Of a DNA stretch of 64,000 nucleotides, positions 29,273-38,463 are shown piece by piece. A model generated the notes under the pieces. The model did no database searches, was not told the DNA's origin, and was given only the letters and a program-made list of their open reading frames with translations. Numbering within the stretch: the first letter of the stretch is position 1; every line of letters begins with the position of its first letter. The DNA comes from an uncultured bacterium (GTDB lineage Bacteria; Eisenbacteria; RBG-16-71-46), in assembly GCA_964542745.1 (NCBI GenBank), contig CAZIVR010000007.1:379-64378 (forward strand). Direction: 5' to 3'. A program made the translations under genes and the position numbers.

Positions 29273-30136
29273 TCAGCGGCTCCGCAGCGCGTTGTGGGCG
29301 AGCATGAGCAGGGCGCGCAGCATCACGAACGCGCCCACCGGCACGGCGAGCAGCGGGTTCCGCGAGTGGTGCTTGCGGAAATAGCGGATCATGCCGAGGT
29401 GCCGCGACCAGATCACCCGGGGCGCGACCTTGCCCTTGCTCGCGCCGATGTGGTGCGTGACCTCGGCCGCGGGCAGGTAGCGGTTGGTCCAGCCGGCCTG
29501 CTGGAAGCGCCGGCACCAGTCCACGTCCTCGTTGAACATGAAGAACTTCTCGTCCATGCCGCCCACGCGCTCGATGGCCGAGCGCCGCACCAGCATGCAG
29601 GCCCCCGACAGCCAGTCCACGTCGCGCGGGCTGGCGTGGTCCCAGTCCGAGAGCAGGTAGCGCCGCGACCAGGGATTGTTCGGGAACAGCCGGGTGAGGA
29701 GCGAGTAACGGTTGAACAGGAACGTGAAGGCGCCCGGAAACGAGCGCGCCGAGTACTCGAGCGAGCCGTCGGTGTTGAGGAGCTTCGGGCCCACCATCGC
29801 CACGCCCGGATGGGCCTCGAGGTGGTCGAGCATGGCGCGCAGCGACCCGCGGTGGGGGACGCAGTCGGGATTGAGCACCAGCACGCAGGGCGCCGAGGTG
29901 GTGGCGATGCCCTGGTTGACGGCACGGGCGTAGCCCACGTTCTCGGCGTTCACCACCAGCCGCGCCGTCCCGCCGCGCCGGGCCATCATCTCGGCCGTGC
30001 CGTCGCGCGAATCGTTGTCGATCACCAGCAACTCGAGCGCGATCCCCCCGGCGCGGGCGTCGGCCTCGAGGGCGTCGAGGCATTCCGCCAGGGCGTCGCG
30101 CGACTTGTAGTTGATGACGACGGCGGAAAGGTCCAT
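29273..30136 (-). CDS. Family 2 glycosyltransferase
   Basis: GT-A motifs VVINYKSRD...LLVIDNDSRDGT (DxD) and the downstream DVDWLSGACMLVRR. The start was chosen at MDLSAVV. The first 45 aa of the track ORF are low-complexity. Confidence 0.75.
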   Translation of the reverse strand: MDLSAVVINYKSRDALAECLDALEADARAGGIALELLVIDNDSRDGTAEMMARRGGTARLVVNAENVGYARAVNQGIATTSAPCVLVLNPDCVPHRGSLRAMLDHLEAHPGVAMVGPKLLNTDGSLEYSARSFPGAFTFLFNRYSLLTRLFPNNPWSRRYLLSDWDHASPRDVDWLSGACMLVRRSAIERVGGMDEKFFMFNEDVDWCRRFQQAGWTNRYLPAAEVTHHIGASKGKVAPRVIWSRHLGMIRYFRKHHSRNPLLAVPVGAFVMLRALLMLAHNALRSR

Positions 30137-30449
30137 GCGCCCCGGCGGGGTCGGACGGCGAGTGGTGCGGCGAGAGCCGGAAGGTTCACCCGCGGGCCGT
30201 CGGGAAAATGCGCGGGCGTGGGGTTCCGGGACCCTTCCCCACGAAGCTTTCGGGCTCCGGAGGTCCGCCACGCCGCGCGCGCCGCATTTTGGGCCAAGTG
30301 CTGCGGGGATGCAACGCCGCGGGGCCGGAAATCGCGGCCGAGACGCCTTCCGGTGGCCGGGCGCCGCGGCGCTCCGGGCGACCGGCCGCGCGGCGCCGCG
30401 GGGGTCCGGGGCTGCGGGGTCCGCCCGCGCGGGCCGGCTCCCGCCCGCG

Positions 30450-30941
30450 TCAGGCGGGTTCGCCGGGAGGGTCCGCGGGCAGCGGCCGGCCGAGCGTGCG
30501 CTCGAGCCATTCGCGGAGCCGCGCCACGTGCGTGCCCTCCCAGTACCACTTGCCGCACTGCGGGCAGTAGTTCACGGCGCGGGTCGCGCGCAGCACCCGG
30601 CCCGGGATCTCGCCGCGCGCCTCCATCGGGTGGCGCCGCTGGAGCGCCACGTTGCAGGCGGGGCAGCGGCTGAAGGGCGCCCCGGCCGGCTCGTGCGCGG
30701 CGGCGATGCCGCGCACCGCCGCCTCGGGCGCGCCGCGGTTCACGACCAGCCGCGGGATCGCGCCGAAGCGGCGCGGGTGCCGGGTGCTGGAGGAGAGCAC
30801 GGTGCGGCCTTCGCGCCGGGCGAACTCGAACAGCTCCTCGAGCCGGGCGCCCCGCAGCGTGGCGACGTCGAAGCCGAGGAAGCGGAGGCGGCGCGCCACG
30901 AAGTCGAGCGAGGAGTCGGTCACGAAGCGGGCCGGGGGCAT
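30450..30941 (-). CDS. Mut7-C/DUF82 RNase-like domain protein with a zinc ribbon
   Basis: An N-terminal PIN-like Mut7-C segment (VTDSSLDFVARRLRFLGFD) and C-terminal paired cysteines (CPACN...CPQCG). Confidence 0.5.
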   Translation of the reverse strand: MPPARFVTDSSLDFVARRLRFLGFDVATLRGARLEELFEFARREGRTVLSSSTRHPRRFGAIPRLVVNRGAPEAAVRGIAAAHEPAGAPFSRCPACNVALQRRHPMEARGEIPGRVLRATRAVNYCPQCGKWYWEGTHVARLREWLERTLGRPLPADPPGEPA

Positions 30942-31067
30942 GGGGGGGGGACGCTAGCGGCGCCGTGCGCGGGGCGGCAAGCGCGGCCCCCCAACTCCAT
31001 GCGGTCCACCCCGTTCCCGGAGCGCGATTGACGCGGGGCCGGGCCCTCCCGCACTCTCCCGCCCACG

Positions 31068-32270
31068 ATGAAACCCGCCACAGGCGGCACGAGGCCGCGC
31101 CTGGGCCCCATCGAGCGGCCCGATTCCCACGACAGCGATCGTCGCCGGTTCCTCCTCGCTGCAGGAGGAGCCGCGGTCTATTGCGCGCTCGGACCCGCGC
31201 TCGCGGCCGCCGAGAAGCTTCCCGACACGCGCCCCGGGCTCCAGCCGTGGTCGCTGCCCGGCGACCTGCCCGCCAACCCGGTGGACGCCGCGCGCGCGCT
31301 GATCGGGGCCGCGGTGCTCGCCCCGAGCGACTGGAACACGCAGCCCTGGCGCTTCGAGGTGGACGGGAACCTGATCCGGGTCGTCGCCGACGCGCGCCGG
31401 GCGCTCTCGGTCACGGACCCCGAACGCCGCGGCATGATGATCGGCCTCGGCGCCGCGCTCGAGAACATGCTGATCGCGGCCCGCGCGTGGGGTCAGCGGC
31501 CTTCGGTCCAGTACCTGCCCCACGAGGGCGCCCGCGGCGTGGTGGCCGAGGTCTCGTGGATGGGCGGCGAGGCGCGCCGCGACCGGGCGCTGTTCGAGGC
31601 CATCCCCGCGCGCCGCACCAACCGCCGGGACTTCGACGAGCGCGGCATCTTCCCGCAGAACCGCTCGCTGCTGATGGCCGAGGCGATGGAAGGGCTCGAG
31701 TTCCACTGGCTCGACGACCCCGAGCGCATGCGCTCGGTGGCCGACCTCGCCTACGAAGCGACGCGCGCCCAGGTGGGCGACGGCCGGGCCCAGGCCGAGC
31801 AGTTCTCGTGGATGCGCTTCGACGGCGACGAGAAGCGGCGTGGCGACGGCGTGCCGGTCGGGGCGCTCGAACTCTCCGGCCCCGCCGGCTGGCTCGCCGG
31901 CCGCTACTTCCGGCCCGGAAGCTGGTTCGCGCGCTTCGGCACCGAGTACGCCGCCAAGCAGGCGCGCTCCCAGGTGAAGAGCGCGGGCGCGCTGCTGCTG
32001 GTCTCCGCGCCGAGGAAGGACGACACCCAGTGCCTGCTGTGCGGGCAGAGCTACGAGCGCCTCGCGCTCAAGGCCACCCACCTCGGGATCGCGAACCAGA
32101 TCCTGAGCGCGCCGGTCGAGGTGGCCCGCCTGCGGCCCGACCTGCGCCGGGCGTTCCGCGCCCCCGCGGGGAACGAGCCGCTGCTGCTGGTCCGGCTCGG
32201 CCACGCCCGCACCCCGGAGCCCGCCCCGCGCCGCGCGGTCAGCGTGGTCGCGACCTTCCGCAACACCTAG
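31068..32270 (+). CDS. Tat-exported nitroreductase-family protein (Acg-like)
   Basis: Tat signal DRRRFLLAAGGAAVYCAL. The nitroreductase fold is duplicated (WNTQPWRFEVDGN...). 400 aa. Confidence 0.6.
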   Translation: MKPATGGTRPRLGPIERPDSHDSDRRRFLLAAGGAAVYCALGPALAAAEKLPDTRPGLQPWSLPGDLPANPVDAARALIGAAVLAPSDWNTQPWRFEVDGNLIRVVADARRALSVTDPERRGMMIGLGAALENMLIAARAWGQRPSVQYLPHEGARGVVAEVSWMGGEARRDRALFEAIPARRTNRRDFDERGIFPQNRSLLMAEAMEGLEFHWLDDPERMRSVADLAYEATRAQVGDGRAQAEQFSWMRFDGDEKRRGDGVPVGALELSGPAGWLAGRYFRPGSWFARFGTEYAAKQARSQVKSAGALLLVSAPRKDDTQCLLCGQSYERLALKATHLGIANQILSAPVEVARLRPDLRRAFRAPAGNEPLLLVRLGHARTPEPAPRRAVSVVATFRNT

Positions 32271-32411
32271 GCTCCGCTCCAGAACGCCGCGCGAGCGCGC
32301 TGGGGCCGCCGGCGGGCTGGTCGCCCGGCGCGGCCCTTCCGGGCCGGACGTCGCCCGCCACCCTTTCCGGCGCCCGCAGGCCCGGACCCCCGCGGCCACC
32401 CTCCGGCTCCG

Positions 32412-32427
32412 TAGGTATACCTAGGTA
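32412..32427. promoter_or_regulatory. AT-rich composite palindrome TAGGTATACCTAGGTA, about 110 bp upstream of the decahaem cytochrome gene. Candidate operator or promoter element.
   Basis: The perfect 12-bp palindrome TAGGTATACCTA overlaps the 10-bp palindrome TACCTAGGTA. The element is conspicuously AT-rich for a ~72% GC genome. Confidence 0.35.
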
Positions 32428-32534
32428 GCATTTCGGCCCTCACCGGTTCCGTCCAAGGTTCCAGGCGAACGGAACTCCCACGCGCGGTCCGGCCGCCTCG
32501 CCGGCCACGACGGGGGAGACGGTGGAGGTGGAGG

Positions 32535-33455
32535 ATGCGACGAGGACTGGTGGTGGCGGGCGCCCTGCTCGGCGCCTCGCTGTTGTCCATGACCGCGGCG
32601 CGGGCGCCCGACTCGCAGCCCGCCGCGACGCTCGCCGGCTCGGAGTCGTGCGAGGAGTGTCACGCCAACGCCTACAAATCCTGGATGCGCGGCTCGCACG
32701 GGCGCGCCAGCCGGGATTCCGTGCTGACCGGCGCCTCGGTGAGCTGCGAGTCCTGCCACGGGCCGGGCTCGCTTCACGTGGCGGCCGACAACGACCGCGA
32801 CGATCCCGGCTTCGACACCATGAAGAAGTTCGCCCGCATGCCGCAGGACGAGGCGAACGCGACCTGCCTGACCTGCCACAACACCGGCGAGCAGTTCTAC
32901 TGGGAGCACAGCTCCCACGAGCGCAAGGGCGTGCGGTGCGTGGACTGCCACTCCATGCACGACGCGCACGATCCCGGGGCCGCGGCCCAGCTCCAGACCG
33001 CGCGGGCCAGCGACCAGTGCCTCAAGTGCCACCTCTCGAAGAAGCTGCAGACGTCGAAGTCGGCGCACATGCCGCTGCGGGAGGGCGGGATGGAGTGCTC
33101 GAGCTGCCACAACCCGCACGGGGCCGCGGCGCCGAAGCAGCTTCGCGCCGCCTCCACCAACGAGCTGTGCGAGAGCTGCCACGCCGACAAGCGCGGGCCG
33201 ATGCTGTGGGAGCACGCGCCGGTGCGCGAGGACTGCACCACGTGCCACGAACCCCACGGCGCCAACAACGACAAGCTCCTGACCGGAAAGAAGCCGTTCC
33301 TGTGCCAGCGCTGCCACATCGCGACGCGGCACCCGAGCAACCTCTACGACTTCCCCGACCTGGCCAGCAACCGGCTCAACAACCGGTCGTGCACCAACTG
33401 TCATTCGCAGATCCACGGCTCCAACCACCCGTCAGGGAAGTTCTACCTGAGGTAG
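32535..33455 (+). CDS. Periplasmic decahaem c-type cytochrome, MtrA/DmsE/PioA/MtoA family
   Basis: Ribosome-binding site GGAGGTGGAGG. Signal peptide. Ten CXXCH motifs in 306 aa (CEECH, CESCH, CLTCH, CVDCH, CLKCH, CSSCH, CESCH, CTTCH, CQRCH, CTNCH). This number and spacing fits MtrA-type decahaems. Confidence 0.85.
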   Translation: MRRGLVVAGALLGASLLSMTAARAPDSQPAATLAGSESCEECHANAYKSWMRGSHGRASRDSVLTGASVSCESCHGPGSLHVAADNDRDDPGFDTMKKFARMPQDEANATCLTCHNTGEQFYWEHSSHERKGVRCVDCHSMHDAHDPGAAAQLQTARASDQCLKCHLSKKLQTSKSAHMPLREGGMECSSCHNPHGAAAPKQLRAASTNELCESCHADKRGPMLWEHAPVREDCTTCHEPHGANNDKLLTGKKPFLCQRCHIATRHPSNLYDFPDLASNRLNNRSCTNCHSQIHGSNHPSGKFYLR

Positions 33456-33464
33456 GAGACGGCC

Positions 33465-35600
33465 ATGTCATCGAGAATCGGAACGTTCGGAGCGGCGGCG
33501 GTCCTGGCCGCCGCGCTGTGGGCCGGCGCCGGGCATGCGGCCGGCGAGAACCACGCCACCTTCGGCAGCCGATGGTGGACGCAGACCGCGCCCGAGGCGA
33601 CCTACCGCGAGTACGTGGACCTTTCGCGCGGCGGGTACCTCGAGTCCTTCCTGGTCCGGGAGTGGAACGCCGACAACGCGCTCGTCCTGAGCGGCGAAAA
33701 CGCGCTGCGCGGGGACCAGTCCACGCGGCTCGCGCTCGCGCGCGGCGTGCGCTGGCGGCTCGAGGTGCGGAACGACCAGATCCCGCACCTCTTCAGCCCG
33801 GTGACGCGCTCCCTCTACACCGAGACCTCGCCCGGCGTGTTCCGCCTGCCCGATTCGCTGCAGGCGCGCAACCAGTCGTTCCCGGGCAACTACGGAACCA
33901 TCATGTCGGACGCGCTGCGGCACGCCTCGCGGGTCGAGGCGGGCTTCCGCACCGAGATCTCGACGGTGCGCCTGCGCTCGCGCCCGGCGCCCGGCTGGCG
34001 CTTCGAGCTGAACGGGGAGCGCCGCGACCGCTCGGGATACAAGGCGATCGGCGCCCCGTTCGGGTTCAGCACCGCGATCGAGATGCTGGAGCCGATCCAG
34101 CAGCAGACGCGGACCGGTTCGGCCACCGCGACCTACCAGCGCGGTGCGGCCAAGGTCGCGGCCACGGTCGGCCTGTCCACGTTCCGCAACCGGGTGGGCG
34201 AGCTGGTCTGGGACAACCCGAAGCGCCTGACCGACCGCAGCGCCTCGGCCGACGACGCCTCTTCGCAGGGACAGCTGGACCTCGCCCCCGACAACCGCCT
34301 GGTGAGCGGGCAGGTGGCGCTCGGCTACCGGCTGCCGCGCCGGACCACGTTCTCGGCCACCGTCGGCGCGAGCCAGGGAACCCAGGACGACGCGTTCCTC
34401 CCGTTCACCATCAACAGCGCGATCGCCCAGCGCTCGCTGGACTCGCTGCCCGCGCGCAGCCTCGACGGCAAGCGGGTCAGCGTGCGGCAGGACTACCGGC
34501 TCACCACGCGGGCGTGGCCGGGCGTGAGCGGAACGCTGCGCTTCCACTCGTCGCACGTGGACAACCAGACGCCGGAGCTGTCCTTCATCGGCGGGGTGCG
34601 CGGCGACCAGTCGTTCTCGCGGGGCGAGCGCAAGAACCACCCGTACGGGCACACGCACAGCGTGCTGGGCGCCGACCTCGACTTCCGGGTCGCCGGCCCG
34701 CTCGGCGTGGGCGTGCTGGTGGAGCGGCGCACGCGCGACCGGACCTTCCGCGAGATCGAGAAGGACGACGAGAACGTGTTCGGCGCGCACGCGAGCGCCG
34801 ACCTGACCGACGACCTGAGCCTGTCCGCCAACGTCCGCGTCGCGGAACGCACGCTCGACGCGTTCCACGACTCGGACTACAAGAACGCCGCGGGCGTCTT
34901 CATCGAGCAGCCCAAGCTGCGCCGGTTCGACGTCGCCAACCGCAAGCAGACCGCGGGCGGCGCGGACGTGTCCTGGCAGCCGGTCCGCTGGTTCGGCGTG
35001 GACGCGCAGTACGGCTACCAGCTGAACGACTTCCCGGACTCCCGCTACGGCCTCGGGCGCGAGGAGCAGCACCTGGTGGTGACCGAGGCCACGCTGCGCC
35101 CGCGGCCGCGCGTGGCGCTGAGCGGGGGCTACGGCTTCGGGCAGGCCGAGACCGAGCAGAACTCGAACGAGACCAACGCCAGCGCGCCGCCCACCGACGA
35201 CGCGGCCACCGACTGGACCGCCACGATCAAGGACCGCAACGTCTACGTGTTCGGGAACGCCGAGTGGTGGGCCATCGAGCGCCGGCTGGCGTTCACCGCC
35301 GCCTACGAGTTCACGCGCGCGCTCGGCGACTACCGCTTCCGGCTGACCCCGAGCGTGTCGCTGCCCACCACGCTGTACCGCCGGCACGACGCGCAGCTCG
35401 GCGCGCGCTGGCGCCTCCAGCACTCGACCGAAATCGGCGGCCGCTGGTCCTACGAGGAGTACGACGTCACCGACGTCCTGAACGAGAACATTCCGCTGTT
35501 GCAGTTCACCGGCACCTCGGCGACCGCGATCTACCTGGGCGACAGTCACCAGGACTACCGGGCGCATCGTCTCGAAGTCCTCGCCACGCGCCGCTTCTGA
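33465..35600 (+). CDS. Decahaem-associated outer-membrane porin, MtrB/PioB/MtoB family
   Basis: The gene lies immediately downstream of the decahaem gene (9-nt gap). Signal peptide. A 711-aa beta-barrel with amphipathic strand periodicity that ends in Phe (ATRRF). Confidence 0.7.
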   Translation: MSSRIGTFGAAAVLAAALWAGAGHAAGENHATFGSRWWTQTAPEATYREYVDLSRGGYLESFLVREWNADNALVLSGENALRGDQSTRLALARGVRWRLEVRNDQIPHLFSPVTRSLYTETSPGVFRLPDSLQARNQSFPGNYGTIMSDALRHASRVEAGFRTEISTVRLRSRPAPGWRFELNGERRDRSGYKAIGAPFGFSTAIEMLEPIQQQTRTGSATATYQRGAAKVAATVGLSTFRNRVGELVWDNPKRLTDRSASADDASSQGQLDLAPDNRLVSGQVALGYRLPRRTTFSATVGASQGTQDDAFLPFTINSAIAQRSLDSLPARSLDGKRVSVRQDYRLTTRAWPGVSGTLRFHSSHVDNQTPELSFIGGVRGDQSFSRGERKNHPYGHTHSVLGADLDFRVAGPLGVGVLVERRTRDRTFREIEKDDENVFGAHASADLTDDLSLSANVRVAERTLDAFHDSDYKNAAGVFIEQPKLRRFDVANRKQTAGGADVSWQPVRWFGVDAQYGYQLNDFPDSRYGLGREEQHLVVTEATLRPRPRVALSGGYGFGQAETEQNSNETNASAPPTDDAATDWTATIKDRNVYVFGNAEWWAIERRLAFTAAYEFTRALGDYRFRLTPSVSLPTTLYRRHDAQLGARWRLQHSTEIGGRWSYEEYDVTDVLNENIPLLQFTGTSATAIYLGDSHQDYRAHRLEVLATRRF

Positions 35601-35679
35601 ACGGAAGCCGCGGGCGGGCGAACCCCGCCGGGATCCCGGGCGGCGAACCCCCCGGGACCCGGCGAACGAAGGAGAAGCC

Positions 35680-36063
35680 ATGAAGTCTGCCCCGATCTTC
35701 ATCCCGATGGCCGTCGCCGCGGTGCTCGCCGTGTTCGCCGCCGCGCCCAAGGACAGCGCCACGGCCGGCAAGGACCTGTTCCTCCAGTACAAGTGCAACT
35801 CCTGCCACACGCTCAAGGCGCACGCGATCGTGAAGCAGGCGGACGCCGAGGAGGAGGAGGCCAAGGAGGGCGACCGCAAGCCGCCCGATCTCTCCGGGGC
35901 CGGGAAGAAGCGCACCGCCGAGTGGATCGGCAAGTACATGCTCAAGACGGTGGACAACGACGGCGAGAAGCACCGCAAGAAGTTCAAGGGCACCGAAGCC
36001 GAGCTGAAGACGCTCGCCGCCTGGCTCGAGTCGCTCAAGGGCGAGAAGAAAGCGGCGAAGTGA
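35680..36063 (+). CDS. Monohaem class-I cytochrome c (MtoD-like periplasmic electron shuttle)
   Basis: Signal peptide. A single CNSCH haem motif. A candidate Met ligand (KYML). 127 aa. Ribosome-binding site GGAGAAG. Confidence 0.75.
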   Translation: MKSAPIFIPMAVAAVLAVFAAAPKDSATAGKDLFLQYKCNSCHTLKAHAIVKQADAEEEEAKEGDRKPPDLSGAGKKRTAEWIGKYMLKTVDNDGEKHRKKFKGTEAELKTLAAWLESLKGEKKAAK

Positions 36064-36070
36064 GCCGGCG

Positions 36071-36769
36071 ATGAACTTCCTGGTGCCGCTGCTCGCGCTG
36101 CTCGGCATCGCGCTGGTCCTGGTGCTGGCCGTGGTCGCCCGGCCCCAGGCCACGCGCCAGCCGAGCGGCAGGATCCTGGCGTTCGTCGCGATCTTCCTGC
36201 TGCCCGCGCTCGCGCTGTGGATGGGCGTGGACGCCCACGTCGAGCAGGCCAAGCAGCGCAGCTTCTGCCTGTCGTGCCACGTGATGGAGCCGTACGGCAA
36301 GAGCCTCTACGTGGACGACGACGAGTACGTACCGGCCGCGCACTTCCAGAACAACCGCGTGTCGCGCGAGAAGGCCTGCTACACGTGCCACACCAGCTAC
36401 GCGCTGTTCGGGGACGTCGAGTCGAAGCTGCGCGGGCTGCGGCACCTGATGGTCTACTACTCGGGCAGCCTGCCCGACACCATCCGCCTCTACACCCCCT
36501 ACAACAATCGCGAGTGCCTGCACTGCCACTCCGGGGCGCGGCGCTTCGAGAAGCACCGGAACCACCACGAGGCCGACACCACCATGGCGGCGATCAAGGC
36601 GAACCGGCTGTCGTGCATGACCTCCGGCTGCCACGACGTGATCCACGACGTCCACAACCTCGCCGACGCCGACCTGTGGGACGAGAGCAAGCCGGCCTAC
36701 GTGCGCCCGAAGCCGGCCCACGACGCGGACGCGGCGAACGGCGAGGGCGGCGAGGAGCACGCGCCATGA
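36071..36769 (+). CDS. NapC/NirT/CymA-family membrane-anchored tetrahaem cytochrome c (quinol dehydrogenase)
   Basis: N-terminal TM anchor (LVPLLALLGIALVLVLAVV). Three CXXCH motifs (CLSCH, CYTCH, CLHCH) plus one atypical CX4CH (CMTSGCH). Confidence 0.75.
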   Translation: MNFLVPLLALLGIALVLVLAVVARPQATRQPSGRILAFVAIFLLPALALWMGVDAHVEQAKQRSFCLSCHVMEPYGKSLYVDDDEYVPAAHFQNNRVSREKACYTCHTSYALFGDVESKLRGLRHLMVYYSGSLPDTIRLYTPYNNRECLHCHSGARRFEKHRNHHEADTTMAAIKANRLSCMTSGCHDVIHDVHNLADADLWDESKPAYVRPKPAHDADAANGEGGEEHAP

Positions 36770-36996
36770 GCCCCGGCGCCCCGAACATCGAGCGCCGCCT
36801 GCGCGCGGCCGGGCTGCTGGTGGCGGCCGGGCTGGTGATCGAGGCCGCGAGCCTGCTGTGGAAGCACCCGCTCTCGTTCATCCTGTTCGCGATCGCCGTG
36901 CCGCTGCTGATGCTGGGCGGGATCGCGATGTTCCTGCTCTCGCTGGCGAGGGAAGGCGGGGCGGTCCCCCCGCGCGGGGACGGCGACGCCGCGTAG
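36766..36996 (+). CDS. Small two-helix membrane protein, translationally coupled (ATGA) to the NapC/CymA-like cytochrome gene
   Basis: 76 aa. Two hydrophobic helices (LLVAAGLVIEAASLLW; FILFAIAVPLLMLGGIAMFLLSL). Confidence 0.45.
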   Translation: MSPGAPNIERRLRAAGLLVAAGLVIEAASLLWKHPLSFILFAIAVPLLMLGGIAMFLLSLAREGGAVPPRGDGDAA

Positions 36997-37080
36997 GCGC
37001 CGCGGCGGGACCCGCGGGGGTCGCGCGCGGCGAGGGCGGCCGGGTTCCCCGCGGGCGCCGCGCGGAGATCCCGGCGGGCG

Positions 37081-38463
37081 TCAGCTGCCGCTGACCGTCA
37101 TCTCCGAGATCAGGAGCGTGGGGCTCGAGACCGAGCCGTCGAGGTCGAGGTCGTTGCCCACCGCGACCACGTTCTTCAGCATCTCGAGCGACGTCGAGGC
37201 CACGGTCACGCCTTCCACCGGCCGGACCTTCTCGCCCTTCTCGATCCAGTGGCCCTGCGCCTGGAAGGAGTAGTCGCCGGTCACGTTGTTGAAGCCGAAG
37301 GAGCCCTGGTCGTCCATCAGGAACCCGCGGTCCACGCGGCGCAGGATCGCGTCCGGGGAGTCGGCGCCCGCCTCGAGGTAGAGATTGCCGTGGCCGATCG
37401 AGGGGGTCGAGCCGTAGCCGCGCACGGCGCTGGCGGTGGAGCGCGTCCCGGCGCGGCGGGCGTGGTAGGCGTCGTAGCAGAACATCGCGCAGCGGCCGCG
37501 GTCCACGAGCACGTTGCGGCGGCTCGCCACGCCGTCGCCGTCCACCGGCGAGGAGCCGGCGCCGCGCGGCATCAGGCCGTCGTCCACCAGCGTCACGAGG
37601 GGGGAGGCCACGGTCTCGCCCAGCTTCTCGCTCAGCCACGAGGAGCGCTTGATCACGCTCTCGCCGCTGAAGGCGTCGAACATCTCGGCGATCCAGCCCG
37701 CCGCGATGTCGGGATGGAGGATGACCGGCACGCGGGCGGTGGGAACCGGGCGCGCGCCGAGCCGCGACACCGCGCGGCGCGCCGCCTCGGCGGCGATCGC
37801 CTCGGCGGGCGGCAGGTCGGCGAGCCAGCGGCGGCTGCGCCCGTAGCCGCCGCTCTGCTGCTTGCCCGCGCCTTCGTCGGCGAGCGCCACCACGTAGGCG
37901 CCGATCGAGGTGGCCGAGTAGCCGCGGCGGAGTCCCGCGGAATTGGCGATCACGAACTGGCCGTCGCGGCTGCTCACGCCCACCGAGTCGGTGCGGCGCA
38001 CGCGCGGATCGTAGGCGAGCGCCAGCCGCTCCAGTTCGAGCGCGAGCGCGATCTTGCGCTCGGCCGGGAGCTCGACCACCGCCGGGTCGAACAGCGCGAG
38101 GTCGGCGGGAGGATCGCCGGCCTCGTCCGGGGTCACGACCCCGTTCCACGCGTCGGGCGTCGAGAAGCGGGCCAGCGCCACCGCCTGGCGGGCGAGGTTC
38201 TCGAGCGATTCGGGGCGCAGGTCGGTGCTCGACACGAATCCCTCGGCGCCGCCCACGAACACGCGCAGGCCGAGTCCGCGCGTCGCGCTCTGCTTGAGCG
38301 ACTCGATCGCGCCGTCCGAAACCTTGACCTTGAACGCCCGGGCGCTCTCGAGGCACGCCTCGGCCTGGTCGGCCCCGGCGCGCCGCGCGCGCGCGAGCAC
38401 GTCCTCGGCGACGTCGAACAGCGCGCGGTCCACCCGCTCGTCGGCGACGATCCCGGCGCTCAC
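37081..38463 (-). CDS. pmbA: PmbA/TldE (peptidase U62 family; modulator of DNA gyrase / microcin-processing partner)
   Basis: The U62 fold is homologous to the upstream TldD. The GTG start overlaps the tldD stop codon (GTGA). The 985-aa track ORF 37081..40038 is this gene plus an out-of-frame junk extension across tldD. Confidence 0.75.
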   Translation of the reverse strand: MSAGIVADERVDRALFDVAEDVLARARRAGADQAEACLESARAFKVKVSDGAIESLKQSATRGLGLRVFVGGAEGFVSSTDLRPESLENLARQAVALARFSTPDAWNGVVTPDEAGDPPADLALFDPAVVELPAERKIALALELERLALAYDPRVRRTDSVGVSSRDGQFVIANSAGLRRGYSATSIGAYVVALADEGAGKQQSGGYGRSRRWLADLPPAEAIAAEAARRAVSRLGARPVPTARVPVILHPDIAAGWIAEMFDAFSGESVIKRSSWLSEKLGETVASPLVTLVDDGLMPRGAGSSPVDGDGVASRRNVLVDRGRCAMFCYDAYHARRAGTRSTASAVRGYGSTPSIGHGNLYLEAGADSPDAILRRVDRGFLMDDQGSFGFNNVTGDYSFQAQGHWIEKGEKVRPVEGVTVASTSLEMLKNVVAVGNDLDLDGSVSSPTLLISEMTVSGS

